NCBI GenBank assembly: GCA_964016885.1 | Contig: OZ024743.1 | Coordinates: 84,940,001-85,004,000, forward strand | Direction of reading: 5' to 3' | Length of the DNA stretch: 64,000 nt | DNA from: Eledone cirrhosa | Lineage: Eukaryota | In this document: one piece after another, positions 37,775-52,149 of the stretch | How positions within the stretch are numbered: position 1 is the first letter of the stretch | Layout: the number at the start of each line of letters is the position of its first letter | The notes under the pieces: generated by a model | The model's input: the letters and a program-made list of their open reading frames with translations, nothing else | The model's database searches: none | Told to the model about the DNA's origin: nothing | Position numbers and translations under genes: made by a program

Positions 37775-37815
<41 letters not shown>

Positions 37816-38313
37816 TATATGTATGTATATATATTTACACACATATATATATATATATATATACATACACATATATATATGTATGTATATATATTTACAC
37901 ACATATGTATACATACATATATATATATATATCATCATCATCATCATCATTGTTTAGACGGGAGTTGTCCAATTGAGGCAAGATTGGTCGGGTGACTGTC
38001 TCGCTTGTATAGGACTATCTGGCAGGTTTTATATATATATATATAGTGAAGGTGTGTGGCTGAGAGGTTAGAGAATTGGATTCACAATCTTGAGGTTGTA
38101 AGTTCGATTCCTGGACCGGGCGATGCGTTATGTCCTTGAGCAAGACACTTTATTTCACGTTGCTCCTTCTACCTGGAGTTGTGACTGATAGATAGTATTA
38201 ACAACTGGAAAAACAGATGAAAACATTGTTTCCTCGGTTCGATTTGACGAAAGTCGATCGATACATATATATATATACACACACACATACACATATTTGA
38301 ATGTCTATTGCAG

Positions 38314-38416
38314 AGTTTGAATTTTGGCAAGGATCTGTTTGTGATGGAGAGGTTAATCAATTTAAATACCTATCAACCTAAGTTAGCAAAGTACCGCAAT
38401 TTACCAATCAGTTTTG
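38314..38416 (+). CDS. DNAI4: DNAI4 exon f (SLNFGKDLFVMERLINLNTYQPKLAKYRNLPISF)
   Basis: ttgcag acceptor, G|gtgagt donor, phase 0/1. Confidence 0.92.
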
Positions 38417-39721
38417 GTGAGTAATTATTCCTCCTCGTCCTCCTCCTCATCATCATCATCTCCCTCCTCTTGTTCCTCCCGCTCCTCCTCTTCCTCCTCC
38501 TCCATCACCACCACCACTGCAGTATTTGACCAGTACTTTATGTTATCAAGCTCCCTTTCCCCTGGAAGGATGAAATGAAAAATTGACATCTGCAGGATTT
38601 CAGCTCAAAATGTACAGAGCCAGAAAAAATACCACAATGGCACTTTCATATAGCATTACATGTGGTGATAAATTCAAATCCTGCTATAGTCAACTTTGCT
38701 TTCATCCATCCAGGGTCGATAAAATAAAGTACCTGTTGAAAATATATAATAATAGTTGATTTAATCAACTTTGCTTTTCCTGCAAATTTGCTGGCCTTCT
38801 GCCTAAGTTATAAACCAATATATAATTGTTTCTACTTTAGGCACAAGGCCAGCAATTACCCAATGCATTACTGGTACTTTATTTTATCGACTCCGTAAGG
38901 ATGAAAGGCAAAGTCAACTTCGGCGGCATTTGAACTCAGATCGTAAAGGGACGTAACTATGCTGGAAAGCATGGCGTCCAACCCTCTACCAATACTGCCA
39001 ATAATGATAGTGAAACTTGGGCAGTGACTGCAGAAGATATGAATAGACTGGAGAAAAATGAAGCAGCTATGCTCTGTTGGATGTGCAATGTAAATGTGAG
39101 AGAAAGGCAGAGCTTGGATGAACTGAGGGAGAAACTGGGTTAAAGAGGAATCTGAAGTGGTGTGCAAGAGAGAAGGTTGCATTGGTATGGACATGTGATG
39201 TGCATGGATGATGATAGATGGGCGAAGAAATGCCTGGAAATGACAGTGGAAGGAAGCCTCAGTGGAGATAAACCAAGAATGACCTAGCCAGAGGTGGTGA
39301 GAGCTGGCCTCAAATCACTGAGACTCATAGAAGAGATGACGAAATGCGGCGAGTTAATAGATGCTGTGCTGAGAAGGACCCATCCAACCCATGCAAGCAT
39401 GGAAAAATGATGATGATGATGAATGTTATATAATTTAGGCACAAGGCTAGCAAGGGTGGTGGATTGGTAGAATTGGTAGAGCATTGGATAAAATGTCATT
39501 TTGGTATTTGTTTTGGCTACTGACATTTTGAGTTTAAATCCTACTGAGGTCATCTTCACCTTTCATCTTTCTGAGGTTGATCAAAGAAAGTACCAGTCAA
39601 GTACTTGATTTGATTTAATTGACTTTCCCCTTCTCCCAGATTGCTGGACTTGTGCCAATGTTTGAAAGAATTACATATATTGATAACAGTTAGAAATATG
39701 TTATTGTCTGTTGTGTGTTAG

Positions 39722-39855
39722 GTGAGGATGATTTGAGCTCGGACCCTAATATCACTGAAGCAATAGCTCCAAACTTGCAGAAGCTCTGGTCCTTCTCTTG
39801 TCCATTGACGAAAGGTCGTACAGTTAGCTGTATGGCATGGAACAGGGCAAATTTG
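39722..39855 (+). CDS. DNAI4: DNAI4 exon g (EDDLSSDP...LQKLWSFSCPLTKGRTVSCMAWNRANL)
   Basis: ttag acceptor, TTG|gtgagt donor, phase 1/0; start of the WD40 region. Confidence 0.93.
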
Positions 39856-41351
39856 GTGAGTACCACTTCTTTTATGTTTTCCTCACTGTTGTTGTTGATG
39901 TACTAATTATTGAATACAACTCTCATCTCCATGACACATCACTCCCTTTTCCACAGTGCTGGTGTCGTGACAAAAAAGCACCTAGTCCACCCTGTATGGT
40001 GGTAGTGCCAGTACCATAACAAAAAGTACCGAGTCAACCCTTGCAAGGTGCTTATGCTGGTGCACTACCACTTTACAAAGTATACTGGGTGCATTTTATT
40101 GTGGAAACAATGCAAACAATATTGTCATATATTCACCCCATACTGAAGAATCCTCCCATTCCTATATTGTCTCCATTTAATCAGTAACAACACCCCCGCC
40201 CCCAAACAACCACTGCCACCTCCACCACTGTTTTTATGTCCACTTTTCCACAATGGTGTGGATTGAATGAAATGTTTTGAGATGCCCTTTCTGAAACCAA
40301 CCCTTTTAGTTACCTCTTATGACACAGAGATAAGGTGTATCTATTCTAAAACCTGGGGTACACATATACATATAGATGCATATACATACATACATACATG
40401 TATATGTAACACACACACACACACATATATATATAACAATAGAAAGTACCTAGTCCAACTTGTTAGTTGGTCATTTTGGTCATCATCATCATCATCATCG
40501 TTTAACGTCTATCTTCCACGCTAGCATGGGTTTAGACGGAAATTGTCCTACTTGAGGCAAGATTGGTCGGGTGAGCATGTCTCACTCGTATAGGACTGTC
40601 TGGCAGGTTTTCTACAGCTGGATGCCCTTCCTAACACCAACCGCGTTTACGTTTTTGGTGTCAATAAAAAGCACCTGGTCCGCACTGTATATGTGGTTGA
40701 CATTAGGAAGTGCATCCATCCGTAGAAACCAAGCCAGAAACAGTTCTGTATGAGTAAGACATGGTCACCTGATCTGACTTGTCTCACAATGGGATAACTT
40801 GTCTAAACAATGCTAGCCTGGAAAATGGATGTTAAATGATGATGATGATGATATATATCCTCATTATCATCATTTTATGTCAATTTTTCCACGCTAGAAT
40901 GGGTTAGATGAGTTGTCCTGTTGTGGGCAATGCTAGGTCAGGTGATCATGTCTTGCACATACAGAACTGATTTTGGCTTGGTTTCTACAGCTGGATGCCT
41001 TTCCTAACACCAACCTCATTTACAGTGAGTATTGGGTGCTTTTTGTCGTGTCACCAGCACAACCAATTTATAGTGAGGACTGGGTGCTTTTTGTTGTGAC
41101 ACTTCCACAACCACTTTACAGTGTGTGCTAGGGGCTTCACTAGATGCATACTGCGTACTGCCCTTGTGGGAGATGTATGGTAAGGTGGGTGAGGTAGTGT
41201 GTACAGTATATATGCTTTAGCTTCGGCCTGTGCCTGTGGGGAGTCAGGTCTTCTGTATCACTGCGTAATGCCAGAGATCTCGGTCCTTTGTCATCGCTTT
41301 TGAGAGATGCAACCAAAGAAGGTCAGCTTTTATCATATATATATATATATA

Positions 41352-44300
41352 CTAGCAGAAGTACCCGGCGTTGCCCGGGTGTAAGTCGACCTTTGGTCTG
41401 TTAGAATGTGTGAAAGTTACTTCCCGCGCATCACAGGTTCAAAACTTCGAACTTCAATGAAAAAAAATAGGTTAGTAGACACAGGTGTGTAATTTATTAA
41501 TTGTAGTTACACAGTGTATCGTTGAAATTGTTCTCTGCACGACTGACGGAAGTCAAAATTGCTTGATATTGAATGTTCAGTTAATTTATAGCAGGGTGAA
41601 AATGTCGATTACTTTCAGGGGTTTTTTTTTTTACAATTTTTGCGCTCACATGTGCAGAAGAAGAATTAAAAGGGCCTTTATCTTAACCGCGGCATAATGG
41701 CGAGTCTTTTGTGACAGTTTTTAAGAATATAGGACGTTCCTGTAAAAAGTTTTCCCATGTGTAACTTTGCCTTGTTTTTTTGCGCAAAGTTGAGCCCCGC
41801 TTCAGTTTTATTGATTTTTTACATCAATGCGTGATCTCTGAAGTAGATTTGAGTAGCTAAAAACCTGTCCCCGTAAATTTGCTATAGGTGAAAAAAAGTT
41901 GATCAAAATTGTATCTAGGGTTATTGCCCTTTGCCACAGCCTCAAGCCTCGTCTGACGGGATGTTGGTGATTCCTCCGTCAGCGCTTGTTGGCGACGAAG
42001 GCGAACATCAGCAAGCCTTGTCGTACGTGATGTTGCTGACTCAACCAGCCGGGAAAGACGTCTATCAGCGAGTCGAGATTCGCGCTCAGCAGGTGTTTCC
42101 TCGAGAAAATTAATTAATTCTACTGGTTAGCTAAGCCAATGGCAGTGTCAATAGTAAATGAGAAAAGTCTAACATGAACAAAAGGGAATCAAGGTAAGAC
42201 AATAAATTTAATATAACTACGATTAGAATGTTGTAGTTGCTTAAAAGTGGTTACAGTTAGGATAAACGCAGTACTTGCTAACATTAAGGGAGAATATTGC
42301 ATAAAGGATTAATCAATTGTGAATGAACTCATACCTGAGAACGCCTAATTCGTTGTCTCAAAGCAATAGCTGTACCTTTTTTGGAGGTAAGTCTTGAACG
42401 TTTCTGTGTGGGCATAACGACGTGTAACGAAGCTGTTAGGTTAGAGAGAGGTGATTAAATACAGAGAGAGATGACACCAGATTCGTTAGCATGGTTACTG
42501 GTGAATGGGAAGGTTTGGAAATATGATTACAATAACTTACCGAATTTTCCCGTCTATAAATTGCACTTAAAATAATTAAATTTAATCAAAAAACAGCTCT
42601 ACGCTTTATACTCCGGTGAGCCTGATGTATAAATAATACAATGGTAATCAATCACGGCTCTAACAGAAGTAATAGATCTAGACTAAAAGTAAAGAAGATA
42701 GCATTTTCTGGTTGGCCTTACACGCCGTTGCGCGGACCTGATTTTAAATGATACGCCTTATATCCTGGTGAGCCTTATAGAGCGGAAAATATCTATTGGA
42801 AAAGAATACGAATTGATGACCAAGGTGTGACAAAATAGGCGTCTATACAGCGCCTGAAACAAACTTGTCCAAAACCCTAGGATTTTTCTCGTTAAGTATC
42901 CACCCAAAAGGAACCGTGTTTTAGTTACAAAAAATAACCAAAGTGTATAGTAGCTATCATCATCATCATCATCATCATCAACGTTTAACGTCCGTGTTCC
43001 ACGCTTGCATGGGTTTGGACGGGGGTAGTCCCACTTGAGGCAAGAGTGATTGTCTTGCTCGCATAGGATTGTCTGGCAGGTTTTCTACAGTTGGATGCCC
43101 TTCCTAACACCAACCACATTTACAGTGTGGGTCTGGGAGGTTTTTACCGTGTTGCCTACACGGCCACATTACAGCGTGGACTGTGTGTTTTTTTGTCGTG
43201 ACACCTACACGATCTCATTTGTTTCGGCCTGGATGGCGCGGCACCAACATAACTTTACATAGGACGGGGTGGTGGCGTGACGGGGTGTATTTTGTTAGAG
43301 ATGCCTACTGGCAAGGCGGGTCTTCTCTGTTACTGAGTACCGCCAAAGGTCTCGGTCCAGTGACATTGTCTTGGAGAGGTGTAAGTGTGTGAGGTCGGAG
43401 TTTATCAGCTCGTCCCAGGTTTTTCTAGGTCTGCCTATTCCGTGGCTACCGTCTATCTTTATTGCCCTGCACTTTGTTATACAGCTATCGACTTTCATGC
43501 GCATCACGTGTCCATACCAACGTAGCCTTCTCTCGAGTAAACAACATCTGATCCCTCTTATCTCTAATTTTTTCCTTAGTTCGTTTATGCTTTGCCGTTC
43601 ACGTATATTACTGTTACACATCCAGCGGAGCATGCAAGCTTCGTTCCTCTCTAGTCTGCGTATATCCTCTGTACACAATGCCCAGGTCTCACTGCCATGC
43701 AACATTGCTGTTCGTATGCAGGCATCGTACAACCTGCCTTTCATTTTTAGGGAGAACCCTTTAGCAGCTAATAGTGGTATAAGCTCTCTGAACTTTTTCC
43801 AACCAGTTCTGACTCTAGCTACAGTACTTTCAGAGCACCCTCCCCCACTGCTGATTTTATCGCCCAGGTAACGGAAGCTGTCCACTATTTCTATAGAACC
43901 CTCTGCGCAATTGAAAGAGCTAGTATTTTGTGGGCACTTGCTGCTACTTATTGCACCAGAACACCGGCCACATGTAAAATCTATGTTCTTAGTTAGCTTA
44001 CCTGTGATCCCACTACATCTTTTATGCACCCATACTTTGCATTTAGGACATAAAATGGAGTTTCTACCTACGCCTTTCCTACACACCGAGCACGACCATT
44101 TCCCAGAAGGGACCGCCGCCTTGTTTTCTTTCCTACAAACTAGAACTTTGGTCTTAGCCAGGTTAATTTTAAGTCCTTTTGAGTCTAGGCCGTGCTTCCA
44201 TGTTTGGAATTTCTTCTCTAGCTCGACCATTGATTCCGCTATGAGTGTCAGGTCGTCTGCGTATAGGAGTTCCCATGGGCAGCCTGTCTTGAACTCCTCT

Positions 44301-45393
44301 GTTATAGCCTGAAGGGCAATAATAAATAGTAGGGGGCTGAGAACAGAGCCCTGATGGACGCCAACTTTTACGCTAAACTCTTCACTATATTCGTTGTTAA
44401 TTCTAACCTTGCTGACTGTTTCTTTATACATGGCTTGTATAGCCCTCACAAGCCATTCGTCAACGCCTTGATTCGTCAAGCTATATTTCTGACATATCAT
44501 GCCAAAAAGAACAATATATTAAAAAAATGTTCTAAAGTACATTCAATCTCTCTTTTTGACCGATATCTTAATAAGCAAGTTATCGATTTTTTATTGGCTG
44601 TCAGTGTCTATCTGCATGCAGGTGTGCACGTGTGCGCAATTAATTGCAAATACGCTCAACATTTAGTCGTAAGCAGAACAAAAAATGCCATTAGAGGTGG
44701 GCTAATAATGAAGACACAAACCCTGGTGAACTTACGTTTAAACACCCGAAAAGTTACTCACTTCCTGTGCAAAAGACTGTATTATAAATTAAGTAATTTT
44801 TTAGAATCTTTTGTTTAAAAAAGGAAAACATTGGTACGACGTAAATTTTTTTACTTGTATTGTATGTGTACAACACAACTTGGTCAAGGTATTATTTAGT
44901 AATTTTTTTTTCAAAAAGCATGATTATTTAAGACTGTTTGAAAATTTACTCACAGCTTTTAGGTTCACAAAAGACACCATTAAATTTGGTTCCCTTTTCA
45001 GATAGGGATAATACTGTATTTCCACTTGAATAAGGTGGAATAAGAAAAGAAACTCTTTAATGGTCGGTCGTTTACTGAGACAGCTGGGAAGACATACAGC
45101 TGGCCGTCCAATCAATAACGCACGTCCTTATATGGGCATATGAAATTTATTTTTATTGCGCCAGATGTAAACTAAGAGTTCTTGTGTTTGAATTCACATA
45201 AAATTTCATTGGAATCGAAAAACATTCTGTCATAGGGCCCGATTATCGATTTTTCGAAAATTTCAAGTATCCTATTCCACTCTACGCGTTGAGTTTTATA
45301 TATGTGTGAGGTTTCATGAAAATTGGATGAACGGTGTAGCAGGCAAGTTTGGTACACTAAACAATGTCCATCTTCCCTTTATATATATATAGA
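41352..45393 (-). mobile_element. Non-autonomous Helitron with a nested RTE
   Basis: On the minus strand: 5' A|TCTATATATATATAAAGGG, 3' hairpin CCCGGGCAACGCCGGG then CTAG|T; inserted between A and T; no TSD. Confidence 0.78.
42956..44478 (-). mobile_element. Young 5'-truncated RTE family A with an open RT C-terminal ORF
   Basis: ORF 43295-44500 has GVHQGSVLSP, LLYADDL and FRYLGD; (GAT)n tail. Confidence 0.93.
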
Positions 45394-45461
45394 TATATAT
45401 ATATACACACTAAAGTCATTAATAACAAGTTGATTTGCTCTTATATTTGAATATTTGAAAG

Positions 45462-45548
45462 GATATCATTGCTGTTGGATATGGACAATTTGAATTCAAG
45501 AACCAAAGGCCTGGCCTTGTATGTTGCTGGTCCATAAAGAACCCAGAG
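45462..45548 (+). CDS. DNAI4: DNAI4 exon h (DIIAVGYGQFEFKNQRPGLVCCWSIKNPE)
   Basis: aaag acceptor, GAG|gtaagc donor, 87 nt. Confidence 0.93.
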
Positions 45549-46055
45549 GTAAGCAGGTTCAAATCCTATAGTTTCCCATCATTTGTCTCTGAGTGAACTT
45601 CTACATCCTCACTTGACCTATTAGAAATAGCAACCAAACTACACTCAGAATCAATCCTACTGTGTGGCATTTTGGGCAAGTGTCTTTGATATAACCTTGT
45701 GTCAACTCAAACCTTTTGAGTGAAATTGGGTAGACTGAAACTGTGTGGAAGCCCATTGGGAGGAGTGTGCCTGTAATTCAAAGGTCCAACATTGTTACAT
45801 ATAGTGTCATGTTGATTTAACATGTCTGTGGAATACTCAGCCACTTACACTATTATACAAGAGGGACTGTACCTGGCCCAGTCTTAGCACATATTGTGTC
45901 ACACTGAATTGACTTGAAAATTACATTAAGGGTACACGTGTCTGTGGAATACTCAACCACTTACATATTAATTCATGTGTTGGATGTTCAATTGATTGAA
46001 CAACTGAATGCATGTCAAACCTAACAGAAGATTCAACATGTCCTAGACCAAACAC

Positions 46056-47282
46056 TAGATGTCATCTACACATGTCATCTTCAGATGTCATCTACTGATG
46101 TCATCTACAGATGTCATCTTCAGATGTCATCTACTGATGTCATCTACTGATGTCATCTACAGATGTCATCTACAGATGTCATCTACTGATGTCATCTACT
46201 GATGTCATCTACTGATGTCATCTACAGACGTCATCTACAGACGTCATCTTCAGACGTCATCTACAGACGTCATCTTCAGATGTCATCTACTAATGTCATC
46301 TTCAGATGTTCGTGTGGTACTTATACAGCTATTCATGTGGTACTTGATACAGTTGATCATGTGGTACCTAATACAGTTGTTCATGTGGTATTTAATACAG
46401 CTGTTCATGAGGTACTCAATAGGGCTGTTCATGTGGTACTTGATACAGCTGTTCATGTGGTACTTAACACAACTGTTCATCTAGTACTTAACACAGCTGT
46501 TCATGTGGTACCTGATAGCTGTTCATGTGGTCCCTGATACAGCTGTTCATGCGGTACTTGATACAGTTGATCATGTGTTATTTGATGCAGTTGATCATGT
46601 GGTACCTGATACAGCTGTTCATGTGGTATTCAACAGTTGTTTACATACTTTATACAGTTAGGCTAACATTATCCCATGTTACAGTTAAGTTAATATCCCA
46701 CGTTATAACTGAGCTAACATTATCCCAACCATCAGTTAGGCTAACATTATCCCATGTTACAGTTAGGTTAATATCCCACGTTATAACTGGGCTAAAATTA
46801 TCCCAACCATCAGTTAGGCTAACGTTATCCCATGTTACAGTTAGGTTAATATCCCACGTTATAACTGGGCTAACATTATCCCAACCATCAGTTAGGCTAA
46901 CGTTATCCCATGTTACAGTTAGGTTAATATCCCACGTTATAACTGGGCTAAAATTATCCCAACCTTCAGTTAGGCTAACATTATCCCATGTTACAGTTAG
47001 GCTAACATTATCCCATGTTATAACTGAGTTAACATTGTCCCAACCATCAGTTAGGCTAACATTATCCCATGTTACAGTTAGGCTAACATTATCCCATGTT
47101 ATAACTGAGCTAACATTGTCCCAACCATCAGTTAGGCTAACATTATCCCATGTTACAGCCGGGCTAACATTAACCCATGTTACGATTAGGTTAACATTCC
47201 ATCCTACAGTGAAGCTAACATTATCCCATGTTACAGCTGGGCTAACATTACCCCATCCTATGGTGAGGCTAACATTAACCTG
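46056..47282. repeat. Three abutting minisatellites with 12-, 24- and 27-bp units
   Basis: GATGTCATCTAC; GATACAGCTGTTCATGTGGTACTT; GTTAGGCTAACATTATCCCATGTTACA. Confidence 0.92.
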
Positions 47283-47299
47283 TTATTCTTCTGTTTCAG

Positions 47300-47377
47300 T
47301 ATCCAGAGAAAGTGTTCTCATGCACCACTGGTGTTACTGCTCTTGATTTCTGTAAAACTTACCCAAACCTTCTGGCG
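47300..47377 (+). CDS. DNAI4: DNAI4 exon i (YPEKVFSCTTGVTALDFCKTYPNLLA)
   Basis: tttcag acceptor, GCG|gtacgt donor, 78 nt. Confidence 0.92.
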
Positions 47378-47539
47378 GTACGTAACTGCAGGAACCGTGC
47401 ATTTTATCACTTACCAATTATCTTGTATGCTTTAGTTTTGCTATTATCTTTTTGCTATTATCGTTTTGCTATTATCTAACTCTATACTGAACTAGTACCG
47501 GTTGCATCTCAGTGTTCTCAATAGGTATATATATATATA

Positions 47540-48555
47540 TCATCATCATCATCATCATCATCATTGTTTAACGTCCATCTTCCACGCTAGCATGGGTAAG
47601 ATGGTTTTGTTCCATTTGGCACGGAAGTGTCTCTGGCAGGTTTTTTTTAAAGTTGGATGCCCTTCCTAACAACCAACCACATTTACAGTGTGGACTGGGA
47701 ACCTTTGCACCGTGTCTCCTACATGGCCACCTTACAGTGTAGACTGTTGTGTCATCGACACAGTGGACGGAGTGGGAGAGGGAGGCTGGGGTGTACATTG
47801 AGTTATGAGGTGCCTATTGACTGTAGGTTTGTATGCAATAGTCAAATCTTCTGTACAACTGCATGGCGCCAAAGGTCTCGATCCAGTGTCATTGTCTTAG
47901 AGAGGTGTAGGTGGGCAAGGTCAGTTTTTATCACCTTGTCCCAGGTTTTTCTTGGTCTACCCACTCCGCAGCTTCCATCAATTTTCATTGCGCTGCACTT
48001 TTTTATACAGCTGTCATCCTTCATACGCATCACATGTCCATACCAATGCAATCTCCTCTCCAGAACACAACATTTGATACCTCTTATGCTTAGTCTCCCT
48101 CTTAGTTCGTTTATGCTTCGCCTTTCGCGCACGTTACTATTACACATCCATCGAAGCATGCAAGCTTCATTTCTTTCTAAGCTATGCAGGTCTTCAGCAC
48201 ACAATGCCCAAGTCTCACTACCATGTAATATCGCTGTTCGTATACATGCATCATACAATCTGCCTTTCATTTTTAGAGAAAAACACATTGTGGCCAACAG
48301 CAGTATTAGCTCTCTGAACTTTTTCCATCACATTCTAACTCTGGCTACTACACTTTCAGAGCACCCTCCTCCATTGCTGATTTTGTCACCCAGGTAATGG
48401 AAGGTGTCTACTATTTCTATAGAACCATCTGGGCAGTTGAAGGAGATAACATCCAGTGGGTCCTTGCTACTTACAGCACCTGAGCATTGGCCACATATAA
48501 AATTTATGTTCTTAGATAGTTTACCTCTGATCCCACTACATCTTTTATGTACCCA
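47540..48555 (-). mobile_element. 5'-truncated RTE family A
   Basis: ORF 47842-48297 and (GAT)n tail. Confidence 0.9.
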
Positions 48556-48866
48556 TATATATATATATATAAATCAATTGACAACAAAAGGTACTTCAAA
48601 TCATTTTATTAATGTCTATCCGCATTTCAACTTCAGTATTACCAGGTTAAAGGTTTGTGAGGACATTAATTCGAGATTTGGATGATGCAAGCCCCAAAGA
48701 AATACAAGAATCCTTAGTTAATAAAGTAAAGAAATTGAAGAGGTTTTTTGAAGAGTTTTTTAAAAATAGAGAGAAGTTTTTGCTCTGTATTCTTCCATAA
48801 GTAGTTAATAAATTGAGCTTTTTGGCATTTGGTGATAAATGGATCTTATACCCAATTTATTCATTT

Positions 48867-48927
<61 letters not shown>

Positions 48928-48944
48928 ATGTGTATATATACATA

Positions 48945-49622
48945 TCTATATATATAAAGTTGTATTCCTGTCTGTTTGTTTGTTCACGAACTCCTCCTAT
49001 GGTTTTGGAGATGGACCCCCATAACCACATATATTCTGAAACTACATTGCCCAGGGTACTTGGATAAGTATATTTCATTTTAATCAAAGGGTTCCCCGGG
49101 GGTACAAACCCCCGCTGAAAATCTTTTCCCTTCAATTTATATGAAATTTAAACCATAGATAAATGACTAGATGTGATGACTATTCACAAAATTTCAGCAA
49201 ATTTCAATAATATTAAGACACCCTAATGGGGGTTAAACCCCCTATTAGGGTTCCCCGGAGGCACAAACCCCCCACTGAAAATTTTATTCCCTTTGATTTA
49301 TATGAAATTTAAACCATAGGTAAATGACAAGATATGATGCCTATTCACAAAAGTTTTGAATTGAGATTTCGAAAAAAATTATTTACATGAAACAAAATAA
49401 GAATAAGATTTAATAATGTAATTTTGATTTGATATATTACAAAAAATAATGTTTTCCAATTTTTCATGCATTACATTTTACATTGAGTAATATTGAAATG
49501 CAGAGTTTTTCTCTATAAATTATATCATTGATTTAAAATTAATCATCATTTTCTTACAAACAAAATATTTTACATATTTTATGTAATAAAAAAATACGGC
49601 AGAGTTACTAATTCAATTTAGT
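48945..49622 (+). mobile_element. Probable non-autonomous Helitron-like element with an internal ~110-bp duplication
   Basis: Starts A|TCTATATATATAAAG..GTCTGTTTG; 49088-49195 is repeated at 49248-49350; 3' end unclear. Confidence 0.5.
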
Positions 49623-50689
49623 ACATATATTTATATGTGATCACCATCACTGTTTTATGTCTATTTTCTATATTTCCATACACTCACACATCATCGTCAA
49701 CACCATTGTCATCATCACCATCATCATCACCACTATTATCGTCATCACCATCATCATCTGCCTGCTTTCCATGGTAGCGAGCATTGCATGGGTCCTTACT
49801 GTCTGGTTCAGTTCTTATTCAGAGATAATGCCCTCCTAGAGGGTTTGAAGACCATGTTTTCCTTGTATATTCCATATTTAGGCATGGTTTCTATGGCTGG
49901 ATGACCTTCCTAACACCAACCACTTTAGAGAGTATACTGGGTGCATTTTATTATGGTAACAAAGCTACTACATTACAAAGTGTACTGGGTGTATTTTATT
50001 ATGGTAAGAAAGCTACATTACAGAGTGTACTGGGTATATTTTATTGTGACATTGACACTACTACTTTACAGAGTTTACATGGCACCAGTACTAGAAACAT
50101 TGCATTGTACCATGCAAGACTATATAAGTGTGTATTTGTGTATGTATGTATAAATATATATACTCAAGACATGCCTTCCCATGTGCACAAACTCAAACAT
50201 ACATCTAGTAGGCACCTCTTAACCACTATACCGCTACCCACCCACTCCTGTCCACACAACCCTTACACTGTGAACAAAACATATCCAGCTCACACTGTAA
50301 AGTGGTTGTGTAGGAGTCACGACAAAAAGCATTTAGCCTACACTGTAAAGTGGTCATGTATGTGTCATGACAAAAAACACCTAGCCCACACAGTAAAGTG
50401 GTTGTGTAGGTGTCACAACAAAAAGCACCCAGCACACACTGTAAATGTGGTTGGTGTTAGGAAGGGCATCCAGCCATAGAAACCTAGCCAGAAACAGTTC
50501 TCTATGAGTAAGACATGGTCACCTGACCTAACTTGCCTCAATTGGGACAACCCGTCTAACCCATGCTAGCGTGGAAAATGGACATTAAAAGATGATGATG
50601 ATGATGATGATGATATGTATCTTTTGGTAGTTTAGAGTCTCAGGTTTGGTCATAAAGACATATCAAGAATGAAACAAAAATATCTGTTT

Positions 50690-51380
50690 ATAGATCCTTT
50701 GTGTTATCATCTCTTCTGAAACTTGGATGTGATACAAATATCACTTTAGAATGATTCCATCAAAAATGCTTCACTATATTCTGAACATAAAATGTAATTT
50801 ATTCACTCTTGACTCTGATATTCTAGCTGCATCTGGTATTTGTTCCATCCAGGCCATCATTTTTAAAAACCCATTGCATTAGTCTTGACATATTGTCTGT
50901 ATGGATGATGAATGTATCCCTAAGCAACTGATTTATGGGAAAGTTGCTCAGGGGAAAAGAAAACAGAGTAAACCAAAGAAAAGGTTTAAGGATGCATTGA
51001 AGGAGAACTTGAAGAATGTAGGAATTGACCTCAGAAACCTGGAAAGTCTTGCAGTGGATCACTCTACTTGGTATTCAAAAATATGAGCAAATCAGGCTTA
51101 ATGCAAGTAAATATTAAGAGAAAAAAAACAAAAAAACCAGCCAGTAAGGGAATATGAAATGAATGGAACTTTTTCTACTTGTAGAGTTTGGCAGAATCTT
51201 CCTGTAAGAGGCTGGACTTTGATCTCACCTAAGAGCACAATAGGGCACTTCCTACTGACTATAGAACATATAAACCAATTTACCCTTATCAATGCCACAA
51301 GATCTGAAAATCTCAAGAAGGCCTAAAGAGACATTTCAAATTTCATCAAGATACACAGGCAGTTCAAGTTGCACCAAAAC
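50690..51380 (+). mobile_element. Old decayed RTE-like fragment
   Basis: MDDECIPKQLIYGKVAQGKRKQSKPKKRFKDALK. Confidence 0.6.
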
Positions 51381-51501
51381 TAACGTGCAATTTATGAGGA
51401 TGCCTTTTTAAAAGGTATTTCTGGTCTGAAGGTCTCGTCCCAGAACTGAGTAATATGTACACTGAAGTGTGGTCAAGCTTTGTATTGAGCAGACAACCCC
51501 A

Positions 51502-51604
<103 letters not shown>

Positions 51605-51632
51605 TACATATATAAATATATATATACATATA

Positions 51633-52091
<459 letters not shown>

Positions 52092-52149
52092 ATATATATC
52101 ATCATCATCATTGTTTAATGTCTATATATTATACGGTTATATTTTGCAG

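Noticed and set aside
46525-47346. 273-aa repetitive ORF
   Set aside because: Minisatellite with a unit divisible by 3; the true exon at 47300 uses another frame.
48611-48667. Functional hammerhead on the minus strand
   Set aside because: Stem I and GAAA are present but the core reads CTCACAA; at best a dead remnant.
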